Below, piece by piece: positions 9,270 through 18,970 of a stretch of 64,000 nt of DNA. Below the pieces are notes generated by a model. That model had not been told where the DNA came from and did not search any database. It saw only the letters and a program-made list of their open reading frames with translations. Every line of letters begins with the position of its first letter. The first letter of the stretch is position 1. Source of the stretch: Minisyncoccota bacterium (GTDB lineage: Bacteria > Patescibacteriota > Minisyncoccia > Phycocordibacterales > DAORIS01); contig DAORIS010000001.1 of the NCBI GenBank assembly GCA_035438625.1, positions 56,104-120,103 of the forward strand. Reading direction: 5' to 3'. The position numbers were made by a program, and so were the translations under genes.

Positions 9270-10121
9270 ATGGTTAGGTTCTTAACAAAAGCAGGTACTG
9301 TTGAACAACATCTTCTAACACTTGTTCGGTATTGTGGCATCCAAGTGCAAAACAACATTGCACCAGTTTCACTTTCTCGAACCCTTCAGGAAAAATGGAT
9401 TGTACGCAATGGGTCTGCACGTGACGGACTACCACCGAAAATGGAAGAGTACGATTTACTCGCAGATCTTGGTTTTTACTCAGACAGCGTAGTTCCATTA
9501 AGGCGGAAAAACGGTGAGGAAATCATCTTCGATCGTCGCATTTTAGTTCTAGGAACCACTCATCTACCTACCGCAAGGTCTCGGATCGAGTTCCTGGATC
9601 ACCAATATTCGAAAATTCCATCCGTTCCTGAAATACACCTTCTCACAAGTAGGAGGCCGATTTCAAAAGAAACAGTAATTGAAACATCCGAAACCTTCTT
9701 CGATAAGTCTCTTCAAACCATCAACGAGTTTCACGAAGACACATTCATGGAATTTGTGAGTAGAAAATTAATGTCTCACAAGACATGTATGTTCACACCG
9801 ATAGTTTCCGAAGGAGCTGATGTTGGCGATGATCGCGCGTACGCAAACACAGGCGACACCATCCTTACATGGCAGCGAAAAAGTGCGGTAGTTAAAGGAA
9901 ATTTCTTAATTTTCTCTAGCCAACCAACACTTGGGTATCAACTACTTCTGTGTAAGCGACTTCTACACAATCTGTGCCCAGACGTCAGATTATACGGAAT
10001 TGGACCAGCTGCTCATCCACTTATCCCGATGAAATATTTCCTTGATGTAATCGCTAGACAACTGTTTGAAGAAATTCAATACAGAGACTGTCTAGGGACA
10101 CAAACAACATCTGCGAAGTAA
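9270..10121 (+). CDS. Hypothetical protein (start chosen at MVRFL, which has an SD; the ORF is open from 9180)
   Basis: ORF in the G+C-richer segment. No recognised motifs. Followed by a hairpin plus T-run at 10132-10168. Confidence 0.4.
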   Translation: MVRFLTKAGTVEQHLLTLVRYCGIQVQNNIAPVSLSRTLQEKWIVRNGSARDGLPPKMEEYDLLADLGFYSDSVVPLRRKNGEEIIFDRRILVLGTTHLPTARSRIEFLDHQYSKIPSVPEIHLLTSRRPISKETVIETSETFFDKSLQTINEFHEDTFMEFVSRKLMSHKTCMFTPIVSEGADVGDDRAYANTGDTILTWQRKSAVVKGNFLIFSSQPTLGYQLLLCKRLLHNLCPDVRLYGIGPAAHPLIPMKYFLDVIARQLFEEIQYRDCLGTQTTSAK

Positions 10122-10131
10122 GATTCGAAGC

Positions 10132-10168
10132 AAAGCCCCTGAAACACCTGTTTCTAGGGCTTTTTCTT
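10132..10168 (+). terminator. Rho-independent terminator
   Basis: agcccctgaaac-acct-gtttctagggct followed by ttttctt. Confidence 0.5.
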
Positions 10169-10285
10169 ATACTCAGTTTTCCCTTGGAGAAAACTTGCTT
10201 TTTTAATACAAGTGTTGTATAATTTCTTGTCAGAAGCTGCCACAATGTGTGGCTGCAACATTCCTTGTCTTGAAAAGGAGCTCCC

Positions 10286-10930
10286 ATGTTTCGACAGATC
10301 GTATCCGTTGTGACCTGCGTTGCAGCCACTATATTCTCGTTCCTCTCGACCCAGTCTGCGCACGCGGCGCCCATTACGGCAACCATCACCGGTACCGGTT
10401 CTGGACAGCTCAAAACATCAGGTCCAGTTCCTTTCACTTCATTTACTCAAAAAGCATTTGAAGTGACACTTATTGGCGATACCTCCAGTGTCGAACTGGA
10501 AATATTGCCACCGATTGGACCCTGGCCGGCAATGAATGTGCAAATCATGCCAGCACTTGAAGCGACGCTTCGACTCAACAATGGCACCCCGTACGAGATC
10601 TCGAACCCAACTCAAGCATTCTACAATGAGCACTTCGGCATCGTTGGTTTCAGCAAGCTGACACCAGGCGGCGTAAACGACTTCCTCAACGTCGAAGCCG
10701 GGAGCGCATTAGTTGGGTTCTCATTCAATTCCAACGTGCTCGTGACTGACCCAACTCCTCCCGAGTGGACACTCGATTTCTTTGACCTGCAATTTTCAAA
10801 CGGCGGTCGAATCATTATGGATGACTTTACTGGATCCATGACGTTTCGAACAACCGGCGTCTCTCCTGAACCCAGTTCAGCACTTTTCGGGATTATGTGT
10901 GTACTCTTTACCCGCCGATCGAAGCGTTGA
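10286..10930 (+). CDS. Secreted PEP-CTERM sorting-domain protein
   Basis: N-terminal signal peptide ...FLSTQSAHAAP. C-terminus VSPEPSSALFGIMCVLFTRRSKR has a PEP motif, a hydrophobic helix and an Arg/Lys tail, which is the exosortase-dependent PEP-CTERM architecture. Segment is G+C-richer than flanks by inspection. Confidence 0.7.
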   Translation: MFRQIVSVVTCVAATIFSFLSTQSAHAAPITATITGTGSGQLKTSGPVPFTSFTQKAFEVTLIGDTSSVELEILPPIGPWPAMNVQIMPALEATLRLNNGTPYEISNPTQAFYNEHFGIVGFSKLTPGGVNDFLNVEAGSALVGFSFNSNVLVTDPTPPEWTLDFFDLQFSNGGRIIMDDFTGSMTFRTTGVSPEPSSALFGIMCVLFTRRSKR

Positions 10931-10963
10931 ATCCTCAAACGCACGACTGGTACAGAACCTAGA

Positions 10964-10990
10964 GCCGACCATGGATGGTCGGTTTTTTTG
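10964..10990 (+). terminator. Rho-independent terminator (hairpin ccgacca-tgga-tggtcgg plus T7)
   Basis: Read directly at 10965-10989. Confidence 0.6.
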
Positions 10991-11965
10991 TTGTATTATA
11001 ATCAGACCATGAAAGACACCCGAAAAACCCTCCTCTCAGGCGTAAAGCCGACTGGTAGACCACATATTGGAAATTACTTTGGAGCAATGAAACAGTTTGC
11101 TGATATGCAGCATGAGTTTAACTCGATCTACATGATCGCTGATTATCATGCACTAAACACAACACAGAGCAAAAATGAGATGCGAGAAAGCATTCTTGAT
11201 GTTGCGCTTGATTACTTGGCAATTGGACTTGATCCAAAAAAGTCAGTTATCTTTAAACAGTCAGATGTTTCAGCACATACTGAGCTCGCATGGATTTTTG
11301 ACACTCTTACAACCATGCCATATTTGATGCGCGCGCACGCATTTAAAGATGCTGAAGCAAAAAACAAGGAAATTAATGTTGGTACATTTAATTATCCAAT
11401 GCTCATGGCTGCAGATATTCTTCTATACGATGCAGATGTTGTACCAGTTGGACAAGACCAGAAGCAACACATTGAAATTGCACGCGACACTGCTGAGAAA
11501 TTCAATCGAGTGTTTAAAGAAGATGTGTTCACAGTGCCTGAGCCGTTAATAATGGAATCAGTGGCTGTTGTTCCCGGAACTGACGGACAGAAGATGAGCA
11601 AGAGTTATGGAAACACAATTCCACTTTTTGCAATACGCGAAGAGATTACTAAAGCAGTCATGAGTATTGTTACTGACTCTTCAGGTGGAGTTCCACAAAA
11701 CGTATACGCAATTCACGCACTTATCAAAGACAAACCATCACTTGATGCACTATATGAAGAGAAAGCAGGGAAGTATAAGGACCTAAAGGAAGCATTGATT
11801 GAAGACCTGGATGCCTTTATTGCACCCTTACGTGCAAGACGAGATGCACTTGCACAAGACGAACAATCTGTCATTTCTATCCTTACTGAAGGTGGAGAGC
11901 GCGCAAAAGCTATTGCGGAAGAGAAAATGAAGTTGGTCAGAAAGGCTATTGGTGTGACTTTATAA
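10988..11965 (+). CDS. trpS: Tryptophanyl-tRNA synthetase
   Basis: HIGH-type motif GVKPTGRPHIGNYFGA. KMSKS motif GTDGQKMSKSYGN. Class I Rossmann pattern. Confidence 0.9.
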   Translation: MLYYNQTMKDTRKTLLSGVKPTGRPHIGNYFGAMKQFADMQHEFNSIYMIADYHALNTTQSKNEMRESILDVALDYLAIGLDPKKSVIFKQSDVSAHTELAWIFDTLTTMPYLMRAHAFKDAEAKNKEINVGTFNYPMLMAADILLYDADVVPVGQDQKQHIEIARDTAEKFNRVFKEDVFTVPEPLIMESVAVVPGTDGQKMSKSYGNTIPLFAIREEITKAVMSIVTDSSGGVPQNVYAIHALIKDKPSLDALYEEKAGKYKDLKEALIEDLDAFIAPLRARRDALAQDEQSVISILTEGGERAKAIAEEKMKLVRKAIGVTL

Positions 11966-12031
11966 AAACTTTATCAAATCTTCATTTCTGATTTGGCAGA
12001 ATATCTGGATTAGTAGTGTAACGATCGTACA

Positions 12032-12301
12032 ATGCCAAGAAAAAGCACCGAGGAGCAAATTGAAGAACTAGCTCTAGCTGTCGGGAGAGGATTTGAGCAT
12101 ATGACAAATCTTTTTAACCAAAAATTTAAAGAGATAGATTTAAAATTTGCTGCTATTGATTTAAGATTTGATGCAATTGATAAAAGATTTGCTCTTATGG
12201 ATAAAAGGTTTGAGGTGATAGAGATAAGACTTGATAGCATTGAAAAGCGATTGGATAACATAGAAGAGCGTCTTGAACAACTAGAATTCAGATATAGCTA
12301 G
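12032..12301 (+). CDS. Small heptad-repeat (coiled-coil) protein
   Basis: KFKEIDLKFAAIDLRFDAIDKRFALMDKRFEVIEIRLDSIEKRLDNIEERLEQLE. The 7-aa periodicity shows up as imperfect 21-nt DNA repeats. Confidence 0.45.
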   Translation: MPRKSTEEQIEELALAVGRGFEHMTNLFNQKFKEIDLKFAAIDLRFDAIDKRFALMDKRFEVIEIRLDSIEKRLDNIEERLEQLEFRYS

Positions 12302-12324
12302 CAATTGACGATTATTACGATTGA

Positions 12325-12358
12325 AACCCCTCCAGACATACATGGAGGGGGTTTTTCT
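12325..12358. terminator. Bidirectional Rho-independent terminator (cccctcc...ggagggg plus T-run)
   Basis: gaaacccctccagacatacatggagggggtttttct. Confidence 0.6.
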
Positions 12359-12386
12359 GTACCATTAGGCTATAATTGCAACACAA

Positions 12387-13157
12387 ATGGCAGCATATAG
12401 CATTAAAACTGATGTATACGAAGGTCCACTTGAAGCACTCCTTGACCTCGTTGAAAAACGTAAACTGTTCATCAACGACATATCACTTGCCTCAGTTACT
12501 GACGACTTTATCGCATACGTAGAATCTCTTGGTGGTGGGAAACAAGAAGACGGCACTATGGTTTCTCCATATCCAATTGAAGAGACATCTGAATTTCTGG
12601 TCATTGCCTCAACACTTTTATTAATCAAATCACGATCACTCCTTCCAAACCTTTCTCTTACCGAATCAGAAGCAGCAGACGTTGAAGACCTGGAGGTACG
12701 GTTAAGGCTCCTTCAAACATTTAAAGAGGCAGCACAGGTATTAGGAAGTCATCTGAAAGGTGCTGGATATTGCTATGCACCACTAAACACCCGTGCGTTT
12801 CGTGCAGAACCACGCTTTTCTCCCCACAGCTCCTTGACCCTCCCTGGGCTTCTAGAAGCCGCCTGGAGGGCCATTTCCCTTGTGCCTAAGGTAGAAGAGC
12901 GGCCACAGGTAAATGTCAAAAAGGTGATCTCTCTCGAGGAAACAATTAGCCGGTTAGCAGAACGGGTCACCGCTGCGCTTTCAACAAGCTTTAGGGAATT
13001 CTCTGGGTATGGTACAAAGGAAAAGACTGATGTAATTATTGGCTTTCTTGCACTTCTTGAGCTTGTGAAGCGAGGGGTTATAATTGCCAAGCAGCACGAC
13101 CATTTTGCTGACATAACACTTGAGTCAGAAAAAGTATCAGTACCAAACTATGCATAA
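12387..13157 (+). CDS. scpA: Segregation and condensation protein A
   Basis: N-terminus YEGPLEALLDLVEKRKLFINDISLASVTDDFIAY is typical of ScpA. Overlaps scpB. Confidence 0.8.
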   Translation: MAAYSIKTDVYEGPLEALLDLVEKRKLFINDISLASVTDDFIAYVESLGGGKQEDGTMVSPYPIEETSEFLVIASTLLLIKSRSLLPNLSLTESEAADVEDLEVRLRLLQTFKEAAQVLGSHLKGAGYCYAPLNTRAFRAEPRFSPHSSLTLPGLLEAAWRAISLVPKVEERPQVNVKKVISLEETISRLAERVTAALSTSFREFSGYGTKEKTDVIIGFLALLELVKRGVIIAKQHDHFADITLESEKVSVPNYA

Positions 13158-13728
13158 TATGAAAGACGAATCACAAATTAAAAACATTTCCCAACTTGTT
13201 GAAGCATTGCTCTTTTGGGCTGCAGAACCAGTTCCCAAAGCAGAGCTACAGAAAAAGGTTGGAACATTTATTAATTCTGAAGTTACCGAAGAAGACCTTG
13301 CGCTTGCGCTTGCTGACATGGAAAGCCGTCTTTCTGCAATCGGATCTGCAATACGAGCAACAGTGAGTGAACAAGATGTAGAACTTCGTCTTTCAAGTGA
13401 TGTCTCAGATTTTATAAGCTCCCTTGAGTCAGGTGAGCGAGACCGCGACCTCGGAAAAGCTGGACTTGAGACACTTGCAATCATTCTCTATGAAAACGGA
13501 GCATCAAGAAGGCGTATTGAGCATGTGCGTGGAGTAAATGCACAATTTACCCTCCGTAGCCTACTCATGAGAGGATTGATCGCGAAGACTGAGAAAGAAG
13601 GGGAGCGAGGTGCACGATACATTGCAACCCCTGAGACATTTGCCTTTTTAGGTATATCATCAGCGGCAGACCTTCCAGAATTTACTGCTATTAAAGAAAA
13701 ACTCAATGCCGTCTCGGATAAGGAATAA
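13120..13728 (+). CDS. scpB: Segregation and condensation protein B
   Basis: Tandem winged-helix pattern VEALLFWAAEPV and LETLAIILYENGASRRRIEHVRGVNAQFTLRSLLMRGLI. Confidence 0.8.
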   Translation: MSQKKYQYQTMHNMKDESQIKNISQLVEALLFWAAEPVPKAELQKKVGTFINSEVTEEDLALALADMESRLSAIGSAIRATVSEQDVELRLSSDVSDFISSLESGERDRDLGKAGLETLAIILYENGASRRRIEHVRGVNAQFTLRSLLMRGLIAKTEKEGERGARYIATPETFAFLGISSAADLPEFTAIKEKLNAVSDKE

Positions 13729-14875
13729 GATTAGGAATCAGAAATTAAAATTTCCTAAAACTATTATTGATAGTGCATTTGTCTTGGGATTAATTATCGC
13801 TCCCGCAATTATCTTTGCATCTGAAAAAGTTGGTGGTATGGATAGGCTCGCTGGAGCATTTGGTTCACAAGCGAATATTCAAAATATTCAAACAGTATCT
13901 CAAGAACCTGAGATACAAGGACCAGAGACAATTATATACGTAGCTCCAATACAAGACATTGCGGAACAAACCCCGGTTGATCCAACACCTCTTCCAAATA
14001 TTGTTGTCGAGAATCAGGAACCACATTCTCCTATAATTCCCAAAAAGGAAATTGTTACAGAGGCACCCACAAAACCAACAGATCCATTTTCCAGTATCAC
14101 CCTACGTGCCGCTTCAGCAATTGTCTTTGATGTTGAGCACGACAAAGTAATATTTGAAAAAAACGCAGATACATCACGACCACTTGCGTCGATTACAAAA
14201 GTAGTTACTGCACTCGTTGCAGCTGAAGAAGCCAAGCGTGCAGAGGAAGCGGGTATTCCGGTACAACTTGCAATCCGTGCCGAAGACTTAGCACAAGATG
14301 GTGATAGTGGATTACTCCAAGGAGAATTATGGAATGTGGATAAATTGAGTGATTTAACACTCGTTGTTTCATCAAACGATGGTGCTGAGGCTCTTACACA
14401 AGTAGCGGGAGATAGGGGGACGTTTATTCAGCATATGAATGAATTAGTTTCGCGACTCAAGCTCTCATCAATGAGTTTTTTCAATCCATCAGGACTCGAT
14501 GAATCTACCAGTCGTGCGGGTGGCTACGGAAGTGCCCGAGATGTCGCAACATTATTCACTCACGTAGTTCGGTCAAAGGATCCGATTTTAGACGCAACTC
14601 GATACAAGACATTCTCTGTGGCAAGCGACACAGCTGCACATGATGTGAAAAACACAAACGCTGCCATTGGCTCAATTCCTGGCCTAATCGCCTCAAAAAC
14701 AGGCTACAGTGACCTTGCTGGAGGAAACTTGGCAGTTGCATTTGATGCTGGAATCGGAAGGATAGTTGTTGCAGTAGTGCTTGGTTCTACATATAGCGGC
14801 AGATTTGATGATATGCGTGCGCTCGTCGATGCGGTACTTCGCACGAGGGGTGAGTCAGTAGAATCAGGTATATAG
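13706..14875 (+). CDS. D-alanyl-D-alanine carboxypeptidase (S11, PBP5-like), N-terminal membrane anchor plus Pro/Thr-rich linker
   Basis: SxxK motif in RPLASITKVVTAL. SxN motif in VVSSNDGAEAL. KTG motif in IASKTGYSD. Confidence 0.75.
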   Translation: MPSRIRNKIRNQKLKFPKTIIDSAFVLGLIIAPAIIFASEKVGGMDRLAGAFGSQANIQNIQTVSQEPEIQGPETIIYVAPIQDIAEQTPVDPTPLPNIVVENQEPHSPIIPKKEIVTEAPTKPTDPFSSITLRAASAIVFDVEHDKVIFEKNADTSRPLASITKVVTALVAAEEAKRAEEAGIPVQLAIRAEDLAQDGDSGLLQGELWNVDKLSDLTLVVSSNDGAEALTQVAGDRGTFIQHMNELVSRLKLSSMSFFNPSGLDESTSRAGGYGSARDVATLFTHVVRSKDPILDATRYKTFSVASDTAAHDVKNTNAAIGSIPGLIASKTGYSDLAGGNLAVAFDAGIGRIVVAVVLGSTYSGRFDDMRALVDAVLRTRGESVESGI

Positions 14876-14890
14876 GCGTATAATCTCACT

Positions 14891-15226
14891 ATGGAAAAAT
14901 TTGAGCACATGGGCGAAAACGAAAGATCGGAACAAGATATTTTGATTGATAAATTTATATTCGACGACATCTCTGAAGATGAAATCGTTGCACTTATTGT
15001 TGAGAGAAATAGCCCTGATTTTAAAGAAAAGATACTTAAAGAAATCGATTTTGTAATCAGTGTTTATAATAAATCGAAAGACTTACCTCTAGATGGAGGG
15101 ATTGCACTTCCAAGTGATAACCCCGAGGAAGATGAAATGGCAACACAGGCCTGGGAAGAAGAATCGGAAGAGACGACTGAAAAACTCAATCGTCTCCGTG
15201 CACACTTAGAAAGAATAGTATTGTAA
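14891..15226 (+). CDS. Hypothetical acidic protein
   Basis: ORF only. Confidence 0.3.
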   Translation: MEKFEHMGENERSEQDILIDKFIFDDISEDEIVALIVERNSPDFKEKILKEIDFVISVYNKSKDLPLDGGIALPSDNPEEDEMATQAWEEESEETTEKLNRLRAHLERIVL

Positions 15227-15236
15227 CTAACATTTT

Positions 15237-16307
15237 ATGATTTCAGACGTCGTCAAAGTATTCCTGCCATTCATCATTTCATTTTGTATTGGTATTGCGA
15301 TCACTCCATTTTGGACACACTATTTGTATGCAAATAAACTATGGAAAAAGAAGGCGGGAAAACTAGCGTCTGATGGAACATCAGCAGTAGTCTTTAATGA
15401 AATCCACAAAGACAAAGAAGTTGGAACACCTCGTCTTGGTGGAGTAATTATTTGGGCAAGTGCAATTATCACCATCGCACTCTTTTGGTTATCAAGGTAC
15501 GTTCTCCCTGAAGGATTAGCAGCAAAGATAGACTTCCTCAGCCGAAGTCAGACATGGATTCCACTCGTTGCACTCATCATCGGAGCACTCATTGGATACG
15601 CTGACGACATGATGGAAATCAAAGGAAGTCGTGATCATCACGCTGGAGGACTATCACTTCGAAAGCGCCTCGCTATTGTTACCGCAATTGGACTATCTGT
15701 TGGAGCATGGTTCTTTTACAAACTTGATGTCGTTTCAATCGGCATTCCATTTTATGGACCACTTTTTGTTGGATTTTTAATCATTCCGATATTTATTTTC
15801 GTACTCCTTGCCATTTACGCGTCAGGTGTGATTGATGGAATTGATGGACTTTCTGGTGGAGTATTTGCATCTGCGTTTGCTGCATATGCTGGTATCGCAT
15901 TCTTCCAAGACCAATATGACATTGCAGCATTTTCAGCAACCATTACAGGAGGAATACTTGCATTCTTATGGTTCAACATTCCACCAGCCAGGTTCTACAT
16001 GACAGAGACAGGTAGCATGGCACTCACCATTACCCTTGGAATTGTCGCCTTCATGACCGACTCACTTGGAGGGGGGATAGGTCTTCTTATTCTACCTATT
16101 GTTGCACTTCCACTTGCTGTCACTGTCTTTACAAACGTCCTTCAGGTACTTTCAAAAAGGATCAGAGGAAAAAAGATCTTTCATGTTGCACCCATTCACC
16201 ATCATTTTGAAGCTCTGGGCTGGCCTTCGTATAAAGTGACGATGAGATACTGGATTATTAGTGTTGTTTCAGCGATTTTCGGTATTGTGATCGCTCTTTT
16301 GGCGTAA
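15237..16307 (+). CDS. mraY: Phospho-N-acetylmuramoyl-pentapeptide transferase
   Basis: GTPRLGGVIIW, DDMMEIKG...GLSLRKRL, GVIDGIDGLSGG and HHHFE motifs. Ten TM helices. Confidence 0.9.
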   Translation: MISDVVKVFLPFIISFCIGIAITPFWTHYLYANKLWKKKAGKLASDGTSAVVFNEIHKDKEVGTPRLGGVIIWASAIITIALFWLSRYVLPEGLAAKIDFLSRSQTWIPLVALIIGALIGYADDMMEIKGSRDHHAGGLSLRKRLAIVTAIGLSVGAWFFYKLDVVSIGIPFYGPLFVGFLIIPIFIFVLLAIYASGVIDGIDGLSGGVFASAFAAYAGIAFFQDQYDIAAFSATITGGILAFLWFNIPPARFYMTETGSMALTITLGIVAFMTDSLGGGIGLLILPIVALPLAVTVFTNVLQVLSKRIRGKKIFHVAPIHHHFEALGWPSYKVTMRYWIISVVSAIFGIVIALLA

Positions 16308-16558
16308 ATGGATGTTTAAGGTGGGTTCGAGTCCCTGACCCCCCAGCAAGCAAAGCTGAGCGGGTTAACAAGACAGGTGGTGGTGTAACGATTAGAGGTG
16401 AGCACCGTCTGGATCAACAAACTGCATCCAAATCAACAGATCGTTAGGTGAATCAAAGTTTTGGTTGTGGATAGCCCAATCTTTCTCCATACTGGAGATA
16501 TCACACACTGTTTATTCCCAAAAGGCATGTAGAAAATTTAACAGACATCACTACCGAA

Positions 16559-16825
16559 GTGTTCCTGGACCATCAGTATTTCCACAGATTGATCATAAAA
16601 CACATGTTGGATTTAGGATTAAAACATTCAGATGGGAAACCAATTGATCAATTTAATACTATGATCAGAGAAAGGTTTGAGGGAATTCCAGATGGTTCAA
16701 AATGCTATAAGCCAAAACACCTACACATACACCTTGTTCCTGACAAGGAAGGAGTTGATAGGTTTGTACTCGATGAAAGTGCAGTACACATTAATATTCA
16801 GAAAATTTCGCTATCTGTAAAGTGA
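16559..16825 (+). CDS. Hypothetical protein
   Basis: ORF only. Lies in the junction zone after mraY. Confidence 0.25.
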   Translation: MFLDHQYFHRLIIKHMLDLGLKHSDGKPIDQFNTMIRERFEGIPDGSKCYKPKHLHIHLVPDKEGVDRFVLDESAVHINIQKISLSVK

Positions 16826-17397
16826 TTCTAAGAATAACTACACAACGCATTCCCAAATTAACACTACGTAGAAAAGGTATACTACCTGGACCACACATGC
16901 ACCACATACAACTTATTAACTTCGAACATATCAAAGAGAGCGAAGCGTCAACATACACCTTTCGTGAAGCTGTCCGGGCAATAGTATTTGATGCAAATAA
17001 AAAGATAGCGTTACTTCATGCAAAAAAAGATAATTATTTCAAACTACCAGGTGGTGGCATAGAAAAAGATGAGGAAAAAATTGAAGCTTTAAAACGTGAA
17101 TGCAGGGAAGAGCTGGGATGTGAAATTGATATATTTTGTGATCTTGGAATTGTTACCGAAAACAGAAGTAAAAACAAAATGAAGCATATCTCATACTGTT
17201 ACATGGCACATGTTATAGGAGAAAAAGGAACACCACATATGACCGAGAGTGAAATTCGAGAAGGATTCCATGTTATCTGGATTCCAATTACAGAAGCTAT
17301 CTTAAAGTTAGAATCTGTTACAAACACCACATATCCTGGGTCATACATGGTCGCACGAGACCTCGCGTTTCTAAAAATAGGTTCTCATATTTCTTAA
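16822..17397 (+). CDS. NUDIX hydrolase (second copy; true start may be the internal Met at ~16897)
   Basis: Nudix box GGGIEKDEEKIEALKRECREELGC. Confidence 0.6.
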   Translation: MILRITTQRIPKLTLRRKGILPGPHMHHIQLINFEHIKESEASTYTFREAVRAIVFDANKKIALLHAKKDNYFKLPGGGIEKDEEKIEALKRECREELGCEIDIFCDLGIVTENRSKNKMKHISYCYMAHVIGEKGTPHMTESEIREGFHVIWIPITEAILKLESVTNTTYPGSYMVARDLAFLKIGSHIS

Positions 17398-17533
17398 GCA
17401 CTTAGGACAAGAACTTCGAGTAAGCTGTTGCCAAGATTGGTAATATCTGGTACTGTTTTTGCAGCATATCGTTAAATTTTTGGTTACGTTTGTAGCCGAT
17501 TAGCGAAAGCTGTCCTTTGTTTGGAGGCCTGCT

Positions 17534-17854
17534 ATGATTCGTCGCATTCTTGCGTCTCTGTGCATCTCCGTCCTTTCTGTCCTCTTCATCGTCGGCGCTA
17601 CACCCTCAACGGCTCAAGCAGCTGCGACCCAGGGGTATAACTACTCCTGTGGGGTTGATAATCCCAACAGCACGCAGTGTAGGCGCCAACTGTACCGTGA
17701 AATGCGGAGTTGCCAGCAGAAGATCGTCCAGGGTACACTCGTGTACTCCTGCGAACCAGTCAAAAAGGCCCTACTCGTATCAAATGATGTCGAGATAATG
17801 TTGAGCACGTTCGGCAGTGAAAACAGCAACACCGACGTTACCCCGGCCAGTTAG
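17534..17854 (+). CDS. Small secreted cysteine-containing protein (G+C-richer island)
   Basis: Signal peptide LASLCISVLSVLFIVGATPSTAQAAAT. Four Cys in the mature part. Confidence 0.4.
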   Translation: MIRRILASLCISVLSVLFIVGATPSTAQAAATQGYNYSCGVDNPNSTQCRRQLYREMRSCQQKIVQGTLVYSCEPVKKALLVSNDVEIMLSTFGSENSNTDVTPAS

Positions 17855-18007
17855 TCTCGGCGCAAAGCCAGGCCAAGCCTGGAAGTCAGTAGTTATTCCA
17901 AACTACTGACTTTTTTGTTCGCAGGACAAACAGTGTAGATATTGCTTTTTTTAATATTTGTGGTATAAATATTTTAAGAGTTCTCTGACAAACGTCAGGA
18001 ATATACG

Positions 18008-18970
18008 TTGAAATTGATTCCACCCTCTAACTCGGGAGTTGTCATGTACAACCAGAAACCAGTAATTGTTGCTGTAATTCTCTTTGTGATATGTGCCATA
18101 ACAATAGGTATGGCAACAGTGATGAGCTACCGCCATAGACCCAAACTTACACTCTCAGACAACTCAGTTGTTGTCGGTAAGTCTGTGTCAGACATCGGTC
18201 GTTATGGCGAACCTGGATATGAATACCTACAGGTTCGCGACCTGGAAGCCAAGCGAGTGTATAAGACACTCACCATGTCGCCCGTAAGTGCAGATCCAGC
18301 GAAACTTGCACCATTGTTTGAGGACTTGATTCGTAGTGAACTTAAGAAGCGTCCAGCTGTTGCACACTATGTAACAGTGAAAATGTTTCAAGAGCTACGA
18401 TCAAAAGTTGCCCTCGTCATTGCAAGTGATAGTGGAATGACACGAGAAAATTATGTCAGCCACTTTCCAGGAGCAAGACCACTACCACCAGAATCTGTTG
18501 TGATGCCGGAAGGCAAAACACCTGAAATGCTTTTCAACGAATTTTACGATGAGAAGTTATCCTCAGGCGTACAACTGCGTTCAATCTGTCTCGATCCAAA
18601 GTCCGTTGCGCTATCTTTCAATTGGTATCGTCTTCCAGATGATGTCCGGCAAGGGTTACTCGATAAGAGTGACCAATACCCAGCATCATTTCTTGGAATG
18701 AACGTTGCGTCAGCGCGAGGTTTCGTGTTTTATCGAAACCCAAACTACGAAGCGCTCATGAAAAAGCAAGCTGAGGTTCTATGCTTCAGTGGTAGCTTCA
18801 TTGTTGAAAGCAACGCACTCGTAACTGGACCAGACGGCAAAGAAAATTATGACAGATATCCTCTGAACATGACCTTTGTGTTTGATCCTGAGACGAAAGA
18901 ATGGTGGCTGGAACATGTCGAGCGAACCGTAAGTGTAGTTGCGAGTAACCAAAAAATCATGGTCAATTAA
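18008..18970 (+). CDS. Hypothetical N-terminally membrane-anchored protein
   Basis: TM helix VIVAVILFVICAITIGMATV followed by ~280 aa with no recognised motif. G+C-richer. Confidence 0.4.
   Translation: MKLIPPSNSGVVMYNQKPVIVAVILFVICAITIGMATVMSYRHRPKLTLSDNSVVVGKSVSDIGRYGEPGYEYLQVRDLEAKRVYKTLTMSPVSADPAKLAPLFEDLIRSELKKRPAVAHYVTVKMFQELRSKVALVIASDSGMTRENYVSHFPGARPLPPESVVMPEGKTPEMLFNEFYDEKLSSGVQLRSICLDPKSVALSFNWYRLPDDVRQGLLDKSDQYPASFLGMNVASARGFVFYRNPNYEALMKKQAEVLCFSGSFIVESNALVTGPDGKENYDRYPLNMTFVFDPETKEWWLEHVERTVSVVASNQKIMVN

Noticed and set aside
16318-16345. tRNA-like T-loop motif ggtgGGTTCGAGTCCctg directly after the mraY stop
   Set aside because: I could not fold a T-stem, acceptor stem or any other tRNA/tmRNA arm around it. 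Probably a chance GTTCGAGTCC match or at most a decayed fragment. Kept only as a possible relic marking the island boundary.
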